Below, piece by piece: positions 9,397 through 17,817 of a stretch of 64,000 nt of DNA; positions within the stretch are counted from its first letter, which is position 1; each line of letters opens with the position of its first letter. Source of the stretch: a virus. Lineage: Duplodnaviria > Caudoviricetes. Below the pieces are notes generated by a model. It searched no databases and was not told where the DNA came from. It saw only the letters and a program-made list of their open reading frames with translations. A program made the translations under genes and the position numbers. The DNA is taken from IMG/VR virus record IMGVR_UViG_2795386114_000001, positions 1 through 64,000 of that record; one strand, written 5' to 3'.

Positions 9397-9417
9397 GATT
9401 ATCACGCCGTGATAATC
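9397..9417. promoter_or_regulatory. Putative parS palindrome GATTATCACG-C-CGTGATAATC (copy 2, upstream of parA)
   Basis: Perfect 10-1-10 palindrome about 85 bp upstream of the parA start. Confidence 0.7.
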
Positions 9418-9550
9418 GGCGGCGGGTCGTCGTCCTCGTCGTCGTCGGCGTAGGGCTGTCCGTCGGTGTACACGGGCTCCCGGAACAGCACGCGGTGTTC
9501 GTGAACGAGGGGCGGGCGGGGCCTGGACGGGGCGGGCATGGTGGCGGGCA

Positions 9551-9724
9551 TTAGGGCCTCCCTGCGACAGCGAGCTCGAGCGCCGGCGCGGCGGCGGCGG
9601 GTTCGGGGTGTGGGGTGATGGGGACGAGGTGGAGCTGGGCCCACTGGTCGAGCCAGGCGCGTTCGTCGGCTTCCTCAAGAACGTGCCAGGCGGGGGTGTA
9701 CCGCTCTGCGGTGGCTGGGGTCAT
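9551..9724 (-). CDS. Hypothetical protein (57 aa)
   Basis: MTPATAERYTPAWHVLEEADERAWLDQW...; GGAG RBS. Confidence 0.45.
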   Translation of the reverse strand: MTPATAERYTPAWHVLEEADERAWLDQWAQLHLVPITPHPEPAAAAPALELAVAGRP

Positions 9725-9813
9725 GGGCGAGCTCCGTTCGTGCGTGATCGCCTACACCGTGCACCAGAACCAGCGAAGCGTTCCCCCCGGGATTCAGGCG
9801 GTTGGCCTGAGCG

Positions 9814-10371
9814 TCACCGTCCAGCCTGTCGAATCAGCGTGAACAGTTCCTCGATCTCCACGACGTTCAGCTTGTCCCACTCCCCGAGCGCGTACCGCAG
9901 CCGGACGTCGATCTGCGCTGCCACTGCGGCCTCGATCCAGTGGCTGGCCATCTCGCGGGCCGTGTCTGGGTCCATCTGCCGCTTCATGGAGCCGCGTCCG
10001 ATGTTCACGTAGGGCAGGCCGGTCTTCATGCCGGCCACGGCTTCGATCCGCAGCGCGGTCTTGCCCTCAGGGCGGGGTCGACGGGAGCGGACATCTTGAA
10101 GGAGGTGGCCGAGCATGTTGTCGGTGAGTTCGAGGACTTCGCGGCAGGTGCGGATGAGGGCAATGTCGGCTTCGGCCGCAGCGGCTGCCGCCATGAGGTC
10201 CCGGGCGGTGGTCAGGGTCACCTCGGGGGTCAGAACGGCCTGAATGCGGCCCCACGTCATGAGGACGGCGGCCTTGCCGGTGTCATCCAGGGTGCTGCTG
10301 ACGTAGATGGTGTAGTCGCTGTCGATGTCGTTGGTCACGGAGCCAAGCCTTTCAGGCTGCTTCGGGGGCAC
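9814..10371 (-). CDS. Hypothetical protein
   Basis: Globular-looking ORF with internal repeat (A.DLMAAAAAAEAD / A.HWIEAAVAAQID). Confidence 0.65.
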   Translation of the reverse strand: MPPKQPERLGSVTNDIDSDYTIYVSSTLDDTGKAAVLMTWGRIQAVLTPEVTLTTARDLMAAAAAAEADIALIRTCREVLELTDNMLGHLLQDVRSRRPRPEGKTALRIEAVAGMKTGLPYVNIGRGSMKRQMDPDTAREMASHWIEAAVAAQIDVRLRYALGEWDKLNVVEIEELFTLIRQAGR

Positions 10372-11386
10372 GGTAGTTGTAGCGGGCCCGGTCTCGGGTG
10401 CACTGCTCGGCGGCCTTCGCGGCGAGGATCAGTGGCCAGCGCGGAGTGTCCGGGGTGACACCCTCGATGCCCCAGGAGCAGGAGAAGGTCTCGTCGCCCT
10501 TCCAGGAGTCGTTGCGGACCGGGATGCCTTTCTCGCAGTCCCACTGGGCCATCCAGTAAGTGCGGGCGCGTCCGCGGGTGCGGCGGGTCTCCCACTTCTC
10601 CAGGTGCACCAGGACGTCATGGGTGTCGCCGTCCGGCATCCGTACGACAGCTGGCACCTTCTCCGTCTCGGACACCTTCCGGTTCCTCTTGGGGCCGAAG
10701 AGGTAGTGGCGGGGGTCGGTGGGGACGCTGCCGCGCATCCACTTCGGGTCGGATGCCCGGTGTTCGTCGCGTCGGGCCCACACCTGCCAGGACAGACGCC
10801 CGCGGTAGTAGGACAGTCCAGTCTCGCGGGAGTGGTAGCCGGTGGGGTTGAGGCGGCGCTGGAGCCAGCGGCCGTGGTCCTCGGTGTGGAGGTAGAGGGA
10901 TCCGAGCGGTCCAAGGCGGAGGCTTGCGGCCAGGACCTGCTCGCTGCCGCAGTTGCCGACCTTGAAGTCGGCGCCGACGGTGCGCCACTTGGACTTGCCG
11001 ATGTGGATTTCCCCGCCGACGGTCCCAGTCGGGCTGGCTGGGATCGGGCCGGGCTGACCGCTGTGGGCGGGCTTGATGCCACGGCGGGCCAGCTGCCTGC
11101 GAACGACCGGGGAGAGCGGGCGCGTGGTGTGGAAGGGGCCCGGGTAGGGCTGGCCGATGTCCCACTGGTCGGGGTCCAGGCTGCCCTGGGGGGCGGCGCG
11201 GACCCCGCAGCGGTCGCATGCGACCCACCGGCAAGGGGTGCTGGTGCCGTCGACGACGGGCTTGTGGCCGAGGAGCCGGCACAGAGGGATGAGGCGGGGG
11301 ACGTCGCTGACCCAGAAGGTGCGGCTGACGAGCAATGCGGGCTGGCGGTCTTCTCCGGTGTTTCGGTTGATGCTGCGGGCGCGCAT
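10352..11386 (-). CDS. Hypothetical protein
   Basis: LCRLLGHKP...CDRCG motif, Trp-rich; AGGAG RBS. Confidence 0.65.
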   Translation of the reverse strand: MRARSINRNTGEDRQPALLVSRTFWVSDVPRLIPLCRLLGHKPVVDGTSTPCRWVACDRCGVRAAPQGSLDPDQWDIGQPYPGPFHTTRPLSPVVRRQLARRGIKPAHSGQPGPIPASPTGTVGGEIHIGKSKWRTVGADFKVGNCGSEQVLAASLRLGPLGSLYLHTEDHGRWLQRRLNPTGYHSRETGLSYYRGRLSWQVWARRDEHRASDPKWMRGSVPTDPRHYLFGPKRNRKVSETEKVPAVVRMPDGDTHDVLVHLEKWETRRTRGRARTYWMAQWDCEKGIPVRNDSWKGDETFSCSWGIEGVTPDTPRWPLILAAKAAEQCTRDRARYNYRAPEAA

Positions 11387-11423
11387 GGCTACTCCTGCGG
11401 GCGGGGGCAATGAGTCTCGGGGT

Positions 11424-11747
11424 CTACGCTCTCGCGGATCCGGCGGGACGTTCCCCCTGGGCCCGCGCGGCCACCCGCAGGTTGTGTTTGCACCATCGGC
11501 AGTCGCATCCGAGGGCTTCGCCGTCGCAGCACAGGCATTCCTTGTGCATCAGCCGGTACCCGATGGGCGGCAAATCTGGCGGGTCGGGGAGCGGCGTCCA
11601 GATCCGGTACAGGCCACAGCCAAGGCAGCGGTGCTGGGTGTGAGTGCGGCCCATCTGTTCAGCCCAAACGTGCCAGGCCACGTAGGTGCGAGGAGCTGGT
11701 GTGTGCTGATCGGCGTTGGGGCAGGGCGGGGTGGCTTGCTTGGCCAT
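11424..11747 (-). CDS. Hypothetical Cys-rich protein
   Basis: HTQHRCLGCGLYRIW...ECLCCDG...CDCRWC; AAAGGA RBS. Confidence 0.55.
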   Translation of the reverse strand: MAKQATPPCPNADQHTPAPRTYVAWHVWAEQMGRTHTQHRCLGCGLYRIWTPLPDPPDLPPIGYRLMHKECLCCDGEALGCDCRWCKHNLRVAARAQGERPAGSARA

Positions 11748-11758
11748 GGCGGTTCCTT

Positions 11759-12556
11759 TCATGCGACGTCGAACGCGCGGCGCGGCGTCTCGAGGCCGGC
11801 GGCTTCACGCCGCGCGTAGGCACGGGCCGCGGCCAGGGACGCCTCGACACTGCCGGGCGTCGGTCCGGCCTTCCGCTCGGCGTCGTCCTGGACCCACACG
11901 GCTTCGCGGTGTTCGGACTCGGGCTGCCGCTTCGCGCGGAGGGCGGCTTCCTGCCGGGCAATGGCTTCGACGACGTACGGGTTGGTCGGGGTGCGTTCGG
12001 GCCGGTGGGTGAGGGCGGCTTCGAGGGCGGCCCGGTACCCGTTTGACGCGGTCTCCCGCGTCTTCACGGGGGCGTCCGCCTCGGGCCGCTCGTGTTCGGC
12101 GGCCGCGGGCTGCGCGGTGGTGATGTTGCCGACGGGCAGGACCCGGATCGTGCGCACTACGGGGCGGCCCATCTTGTCGTTGATCTGCTTGGCGAGCTGT
12201 CCGCCGAGGATGCGGAGCTGGGCGGCGTAGGCGTGGGTGGCCGGTCGGAGGTCGAGGCGGCCGCGGGTCTCGTCGTAGTGGACGGGCTGGACCAGGCCGA
12301 CGTACTGGGGGCACAGAGTGGGCCACTGGTCGATGACGCTGCCGCCGGCGACTCCGGCTTCGAGGGGCATGTCGGCGCTGAGTCCGGTGATGGCGGCGGC
12401 AAGGCTGATGGGGTCGCGTCCGTCTCCGGAGCGGGTGACACGTTTGCGCCGGGACTTGGTCGTGGTGTTGGCGGGCGCGGTGCGGGCGGTCGCCTTGTAG
12501 GCGGCGAGGGCCTGCCGGGCGAGATCCTTCCCGGACAGCTGCGGAGTCTCGGTCAT
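11759..12556 (-). CDS. dciA: DciA (DUF721) family helicase-loader-like protein
   Basis: SGKDLARQALAA...GRDPISL..AI..L...GGSVIDQWP...L.LRPATHAYAAQLR...KQIN...VRTIRV, the actinobacterial DUF721 pattern. Confidence 0.8.
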   Translation of the reverse strand: MTETPQLSGKDLARQALAAYKATARTAPANTTTKSRRKRVTRSGDGRDPISLAAAITGLSADMPLEAGVAGGSVIDQWPTLCPQYVGLVQPVHYDETRGRLDLRPATHAYAAQLRILGGQLAKQINDKMGRPVVRTIRVLPVGNITTAQPAAAEHERPEADAPVKTRETASNGYRAALEAALTHRPERTPTNPYVVEAIARQEAALRAKRQPESEHREAVWVQDDAERKAGPTPGSVEASLAAARAYARREAAGLETPRRAFDVA

Positions 12557-12930
12557 CGTTGCGGCTCCCGGTCGGTGAAGTAGTCCTCGGCGGTGTCCCA
12601 GAGGCCGTCTTTGCGGAGTCGGAGCATGCCCCACTCCAGTTCGTTGGCCAGGTGATGGATCACGAACGACTGCAAGTCGGGGAAGCCGTCTTCTCCATCG
12701 GCGGCGAGGTCAGCGTTGACGTGGGAGCGCATCCGTTCCAGGGAGACGAAGCGCTCTCGCCCGTCCGGGCCGATCACGTTGAAGCCGCCGGTTGTGATGG
12801 CTGCGGATGCGGCGGTGAGGGTGTCCTGCTGGTGGGTCTCGCCGCGGGACTCCTGGCGGGCGGCAAGGGCTTTCGTCTGGCGCTGCTGCTTGACCTGCTT
12901 GCTGCTGCGGTTCTTGTTCTTCTTGGGCAT
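12553..12930 (-). CDS. Hypothetical protein, basic N-terminus
   Basis: GGAGGG RBS; lies between rep and dciA. Confidence 0.6.
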   Translation of the reverse strand: MPKKNKNRSSKQVKQQRQTKALAARQESRGETHQQDTLTAASAAITTGGFNVIGPDGRERFVSLERMRSHVNADLAADGEDGFPDLQSFVIHHLANELEWGMLRLRKDGLWDTAEDYFTDREPQR

Positions 12931-12942
12931 GGGTCCCTCCGG

Positions 12943-14286
12943 TCAGATGTAGGCGTGGTCGCTGCGGCGCTGGCGGGCGCCCTGTTCGATGGCGAAGTCC
13001 ACGAGCGGCTTGCCGTAGAGGGCGACTGCGTCGAGTTCGTCTTCCTCAAGGTGGTCCAGCACGTCGGGCCAGTTGTTCCAGTCCATGCGGGCCCGCGCCT
13101 TCTCCTCCGCCGTGTACTCGTGCTTCGGCTCGGGGGCGGCCGGGGCGAACAGCTCAGCGAGGGAGGCGCGGTCGGCCATCTCGCGGTAGGCGGTGGAGTT
13201 CTCCCAGGCGACGGCCTGCGCCAGGGTCTCCTCGTGGGCAGTGGCCTTGGCGATCTGGGCCCGGATGAACGCGGCGGGGTTCTTCGGCCGCCAGCGGACA
13301 CCGGAGCACATGCCGTTCAGCTCATCAGCGATGCGGAGGGCGTCCCAGCCGCGGTCGGTCCACGGGCGCAGCGCGTGCTCAAGCTTTCGCAGCGGCACCA
13401 ACTGGGTCCAGTTGACGAGGGCGCGTACCAGGCGGGTCTCGTTGGCGGCTTTGCGGACGTCCGAAGCGGTGCGGCGGCGCCCGTTGATGCTGGTGCTCTG
13501 CTGGGGGATCGGGTTCTTTGGCGGCCGAGCCTGCGAGGTGTAGTTAAAACCACCCACTAGCTGAACCTGACTCTCTTCCTTAACCAAGCAGAGGGAAGGG
13601 GTCTCAAGCTCCTCGGTGCTGGAGTTGTCCACAGGCTGGTTACCCGAGGTATCCACAGGGTCCTGAGGCTGGTTCCGCTGGTCGATGATGATGCGCGCGT
13701 TGTACCCGGAGCCGACGATGGTGTGGCCCTTGGCGTGGTCGTACACGGCCGGGATGACTGCGGCGTACACGGTGGCGGTGCCGGCGTATCCCTTGAGACC
13801 CATCGCGGCACGGATGTTGCGGCGGCTCCCGTGCTCCACGTAGGCGAGGGCGCCGAGCTCCCGCAGGTATCCGATGTGCCGGTACAGGTTCGCGCGGGAG
13901 ATGCCGGTGCGGGCGACCATGTCGGCCTCGCAGTAGCGGACGTGCCCGGTGTCGAAGTCCATGCGGTCGGCGAGGTCCTCGGCGACGCGCTGCGTAGTGG
14001 CGTTGGCGCGCGGGTGCAGGCCGGCTGCGATCAGCCACACCACGGCGCCACGCCACTTACGCGGGCCGCTCCGGCGCGACTTGGTGTTGGACACCTCCTG
14101 GCAGGCGCCGCGCACTGGAGCGAACCGCTCGCCACTGTAGTCGTACGCGTGTTCGAAACCGGGGGTGGGTGTGTGCGTGTCCTGTGACGGCTGGGGGTGT
14201 CTGGTGTCGCCCGCGTGGGGGGAGATAAGCCGCGAATCGCTCGTACGGGGAGCGGGAAGCTGACAAGTAAGGGTGCGCTCAGGCAC
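12943..14286 (-). CDS. Putative replication initiator (wHTH Rep); start uncertain
   Basis: HTH-like MVARTGISRANLYRHIGYLRELGAL, low-complexity linker containing DnaA boxes, C-terminal RPKNPAAFI; upstream of dciA and parAB. Confidence 0.65.
   Translation of the reverse strand: MPERTLTCQLPAPRTSDSRLISPHAGDTRHPQPSQDTHTPTPGFEHAYDYSGERFAPVRGACQEVSNTKSRRSGPRKWRGAVVWLIAAGLHPRANATTQRVAEDLADRMDFDTGHVRYCEADMVARTGISRANLYRHIGYLRELGALAYVEHGSRRNIRAAMGLKGYAGTATVYAAVIPAVYDHAKGHTIVGSGYNARIIIDQRNQPQDPVDTSGNQPVDNSSTEELETPSLCLVKEESQVQLVGGFNYTSQARPPKNPIPQQSTSINGRRRTASDVRKAANETRLVRALVNWTQLVPLRKLEHALRPWTDRGWDALRIADELNGMCSGVRWRPKNPAAFIRAQIAKATAHEETLAQAVAWENSTAYREMADRASLAELFAPAAPEPKHEYTAEEKARARMDWNNWPDVLDHLEEDELDAVALYGKPLVDFAIEQGARQRRSDHAYI
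13541..13657 (+). promoter_or_regulatory. Putative replication origin inside rep: DnaA boxes TTGTCCACA (13625-13633) and GTATCCACA (13649-13657) next to an AT-richer tract
   Basis: Exact Streptomyces-type DnaA box plus a 1-mismatch box in the same orientation; adjacent TAGTTAAAAC...CCTTAACC. Confidence 0.6.
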
Positions 14287-14518
14287 TATGGGTCCCGTCG
14301 TCGTGAGAACGAAGGCACAAAGGGCCCCCGCTTCGATGGGTGGTTCTGGTTCGGGGTGAACCAAGTAGTTCGCTCGCCGGGTTGGCGCCCGGAGGGCCTT
14401 AGATCGGATTGGCGTCCGATCCGTGGTACGAGGGCCGCAAGGCCCGGGATGGTGTTGGCGCACCGAACCGGGGGAAGCGGCCAGGCGGTCGAGGCGAAGG
14501 ACCTCCCGCCAGAACTGG

Positions 14519-14779
14519 CTATGTCACTCGATCTCCCTCAGTGGGTGGGGTCTGTCCCTGCGCCGGAGCGAGGGAAGTCTCTTCGTCGGGCAGCACTTCA
14601 CCGGCAGGCGTCCACACGACATAGCGCCGGTATCCAGGTGCAACGACAGTCAGGGCCCAGTGGTTGTCGTCGTGTCCGTCCGCCTCGTTGCAGAACGAGC
14701 CGAAGTCAGGACCGAGGGCCGGATAGGTTGCGGAGCACAGCTGGTCGTCGGGAAGGTCCGGAAGGATGCGGGCGCTCAT
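14519..14779 (-). CDS. Hypothetical protein
   Basis: C...C..ADGHDDNHW motif; TGATG coupling; GGAGG RBS. Confidence 0.5.
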   Translation of the reverse strand: MSARILPDLPDDQLCSATYPALGPDFGSFCNEADGHDDNHWALTVVAPGYRRYVVWTPAGEVLPDEETSLAPAQGQTPPTEGDRVT

Positions 14780-14985
14780 CAGCGGTCCTCCCACATGCTC
14801 TGGCAGAGGGACTTGTCGTGCGGTCCGCTGATGACGAGACACCCGCCCTCATGGCGGCCGGTCGGCACCGTGAATGGATGCCACGGTGCGCCAAGCGCGG
14901 CTGGGCGGTCGGTGTGGTAGTCCTTCGGGCGGCCGCACACGCAGCGAATCCCCTCGGGCGAGCAGTCCTCGCCCTGGGCGGTCAC
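14779..14985 (-). CDS. Hypothetical Cys/His-rich protein
   Basis: CVCGRPKDYH...WHPF; GTGA coupling. Confidence 0.45.
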   Translation of the reverse strand: MTAQGEDCSPEGIRCVCGRPKDYHTDRPAALGAPWHPFTVPTGRHEGGCLVISGPHDKSLCQSMWEDR

Positions 14986-15107
14986 GCGACTGTGCGGGTA
15001 GAAGGGGCAGAACCCGGCTGCATCGGCGGTGTGATCTTCACGCCGTATACGCGGAAACTTCGGGCTGCCCTGTCTACGGGGTTCGGTCCCCGGGTACTCT
15101 TGGCCAT
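14982..15107 (-). CDS. Hypothetical protein (41 aa)
   Basis: MAKSTRGPNPVDRAARS; GAAGG RBS. Confidence 0.4.
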   Translation of the reverse strand: MAKSTRGPNPVDRAARSFRVYGVKITPPMQPGSAPSTRTVA

Positions 15108-15328
15108 CGTCGGCACCTTCGCGGAAGTTGTGTGTCGGCCCGGCCCCGCTCCTGGTGTTGGTAGCACCGGGGAAGCAGCGGGGCCGTTCCATGTTGTCTT
15201 GTCGGCCAGGACCACATCTGAGTGGTCGTCTAGCACAAGGCTCAGCCTATCGGTTCGAGACACCATCTGTCCCAACTCCTTCCCCACGTGTCCCACGTTC
15301 GGTTAATCCGACGAACGGTGACGAACCG

Positions 15329-15748
15329 TCAGTGCCCACGCTTGCTCTCGTCGTCCGCCGGATGCGTCGACTCCGGCGCCACCAACCTCCGCGACCGGGC
15401 CACCGAACCCCCCATCGCCCGATAGCCCGCCTCCGCGAACTGACCCGCTATCCGCTCCATCTGGTCCCGGTACAGGCGCGGCGCCGCATGCACCCGGCCC
15501 GCATGCAGCCCCACCGCCAGGGCACGGTCCCAAATCGTCTGCACCACCACCGGATCCACCCCGGGGAACAGATCCGCGGGCAGCTTGTCCGGACGGCCCA
15601 CCGTCTCCAACTGGGCGTTGACGAGCAGCCCGGTCAGGAACTCCGCCGACGACATCGCCCGGCCCGTGAACACCGCGTCCGCGCGCATCACCTCGAACTC
15701 GGCGACCTCGGAAGCGGACGGGACAGGGGCGGGAGAGATCTCGGTCAT
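15329..15748 (-). CDS. Hypothetical protein
   Basis: AAGGAG RBS, ATGA coupling. Confidence 0.6.
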   Translation of the reverse strand: MTEISPAPVPSASEVAEFEVMRADAVFTGRAMSSAEFLTGLLVNAQLETVGRPDKLPADLFPGVDPVVVQTIWDRALAVGLHAGRVHAAPRLYRDQMERIAGQFAEAGYRAMGGSVARSRRLVAPESTHPADDESKRGH

Positions 15749-15918
15749 GCGCGGTACTCCTTCGAAGGCGGTACGTCGTGGCAGATGCAGGGGCAGTCGG
15801 TCTCGCCCTCTTCACAGCAGGGGATGTAGACGCCGGAGACGAAGTGGATGCGAGTGTCCCGGGTACTTCCCGGGGCAGGCGCGCGTTTGCCCCGGGGCGC
15901 CGGCAACGGGCCGGTCAT
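15745..15918 (-). CDS. Hypothetical small Cys-rich protein
   Basis: PCCEEGETDCPCICH; coupled at both ends. Confidence 0.45.
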   Translation of the reverse strand: MTGPLPAPRGKRAPAPGSTRDTRIHFVSGVYIPCCEEGETDCPCICHDVPPSKEYRA

Positions 15919-16229
15919 CGTCCGTGTCGCGGGTCGCTGTTCAGGTGGCGGGCGAGGTCCCGGTACGCCCGCCCGCGCGTCCATCCGGTGCCGCAGCGTG
16001 TCCCCAAGTGGGCGTGTTCGGCGAGGTAGCCGTTGAGGTAGCTCTTCGCCGCGCGCCACTTGCGGGCCTTGATCCTGTCCCACTCCCGGCGCAGCGAGGC
16101 ACGCAGAGTACGACGGGCGTCCTTACGGTCGGGGTTGTGAACGAAGTGCTGCCAGTCATGCAGGAGACCAACGGGGTAGATCTCGATGTCAGACAGGGTC
16201 ACTTCGTCCAGCTTCTCGTTCGGCTTCAT
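15915..16229 (-). CDS. Hypothetical protein
   Basis: Coupled to upstream WhiB gene. Confidence 0.55.
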   Translation of the reverse strand: MKPNEKLDEVTLSDIEIYPVGLLHDWQHFVHNPDRKDARRTLRASLRREWDRIKARKWRAAKSYLNGYLAEHAHLGTRCGTGWTRGRAYRDLARHLNSDPRHGR

Positions 16230-17104
16230 ACGGCTTCCTTCAGGCTCTCGACGGTGTCGGGGAACAGGTAGTGCACTTCAGCGAGGTCGGACAGCTCCGC
16301 CTCCCACAGAGCCAACTGGCCCTCGATGTCGGTGAACCGGCCACGGCGAGGGGACGGCACCCTCGTCGGCTCGTACGGGCCCGGCTCCGGCAACACAGCA
16401 TGCGACGGCTCGACAGTGGCCAGGCCGGGCACCGGGTCGGGCTCGGGCCGGTCCGGCATCCGGGTCGGCGGAGGCACCGCCGGCACCGACCCGTCATCCG
16501 CCACGACGGCCACGCCGTCCAGCAGGCCCCGCTCCTCGGCGGCCGCGAGCAGCTGCGCCCGCGACGCCGTACGCGGCAACCCCAGCAGCGTCGTCAGACT
16601 CGACCTTTGCCAGTTCGCCGTCCGCACATCCACCCCCGCCGCCTCCGCGACCTCGTACGGATCCCAGCAGGACGCGAACGCCTTCAGGACGGCCTGCTTC
16701 TGTGCGGTGTGGAACCGGCGCTCCGGCGCCGCCGGAGCCGCATGCCGCGCCTTGATGAGCGCCTTGTGCCGCTCCAGCGCCCGACGGCCACCCCACACCC
16801 CATCCGGCTCCGCCAACTTCCCGTCCGGGCGGATACTCGAGGCGTACTGGTCGCACAGCACCATCACCGGGCAGTTCAGGCACACCTCGATCGCCGCAGC
16901 CTCACGCGCCTTCCGCTCCGCCGGCGACTCCGACACCCACGCATCCAGCGCGTGATGCGCACCCACCGGCAGACTGGGGTTCCCCGCCATCCGCGACGGA
17001 TCATCCGCGTCGGGTGCGCATCCCCGGTACTTGAAGAACCGGTTCTCCACCCACGCCGTACGCGCCTGCTCCGACGACACGCCCTCGCCCACGATCCCGC
17101 TCAT
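16226..17104 (-). CDS. whiB: WhiB-family regulator fused to an HTH (LuxR-like) region
   Basis: C...AIEVCLNCPVMVLC...GVWGG, then EVAEAAGVDVRTANWQRSSL. Confidence 0.8.
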   Translation of the reverse strand: MSGIVGEGVSSEQARTAWVENRFFKYRGCAPDADDPSRMAGNPSLPVGAHHALDAWVSESPAERKAREAAAIEVCLNCPVMVLCDQYASSIRPDGKLAEPDGVWGGRRALERHKALIKARHAAPAAPERRFHTAQKQAVLKAFASCWDPYEVAEAAGVDVRTANWQRSSLTTLLGLPRTASRAQLLAAAEERGLLDGVAVVADDGSVPAVPPPTRMPDRPEPDPVPGLATVEPSHAVLPEPGPYEPTRVPSPRRGRFTDIEGQLALWEAELSDLAEVHYLFPDTVESLKEAV

Positions 17105-17418
17105 GCCAGTCCTCCTTCCGTACTCGGATCTATCCGCGCCACCTCAGCCAGCGCCTCACCAACCACCCGGCCCGCAGCCTCCACCGCCGCCTGCCGGGCA
17201 AACTCCCGCTCCAGCCGGGCCCGGAACACCTCCACCTGAGCGCGCAGCGCGGCGTTGTCCCGCACCTCACACCCCGCCATCAACCGGTGCGCCACCGCCT
17301 GCCGCTCCAGCCGGCGACACCGCTGCCGCTGCACCAACAGCAGCGCGACAGCGGAGACGGAAACCGCCGCGGCGAGTGCCGCGGCGGCAGTGACAGTCCG
17401 AGTCGTCACGACACTCAC
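17101..17418 (-). CDS. Small membrane-anchored coiled-coil protein
   Basis: N-terminal hydrophobic stretch AAAALAAAVSVSAVALLLV. Confidence 0.55.
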   Translation of the reverse strand: MSVVTTRTVTAAAALAAAVSVSAVALLLVQRQRCRRLERQAVAHRLMAGCEVRDNAALRAQVEVFRARLEREFARQAAVEAAGRVVGEALAEVARIDPSTEGGLA

Positions 17419-17445
17419 CCTTTCTCTCTCGGGAAGGCGTAGATC

Positions 17446-17730
17446 TCAGTTCGACGCCGGCTGGTCCGGCACCTCGTACAGGGCCTCCATCCGCTCGTAC
17501 GCGGCCGCCACGATCCGCTCGGCGTCCCGGGTCGCCTCAATCCGCGCCATCTCCTCCGCCACCACATCCCGCGCCCGCGGCCGGGGCTTCGGCGACCCAC
17601 ACGACGCCCGCCAATCCCTCCGGTCACGCCGCCGGCCCCGCACCCACAACAGCCCTGAGTAGATGAACGCCGCGGACATCACACCGATCGCACCCAGCGC
17701 GGACAGCCACTCGTAGACGGAAACAGGCAT
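17446..17730 (-). CDS. Small membrane protein
   Basis: WLSALGAIGVMSAAFIYSGLLWV; GGAGG RBS. Confidence 0.55.
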   Translation of the reverse strand: MPVSVYEWLSALGAIGVMSAAFIYSGLLWVRGRRRDRRDWRASCGSPKPRPRARDVVAEEMARIEATRDAERIVAAAYERMEALYEVPDQPASN

Positions 17731-17817
17731 GACGAACCCTCCGATCAGATCGGCAGCAGGTTGTGTGAAGTGGGGTGCCCCAGGATGGGGACTTGAGGGG
17801 CCCAAAGGGCCGCTAGG

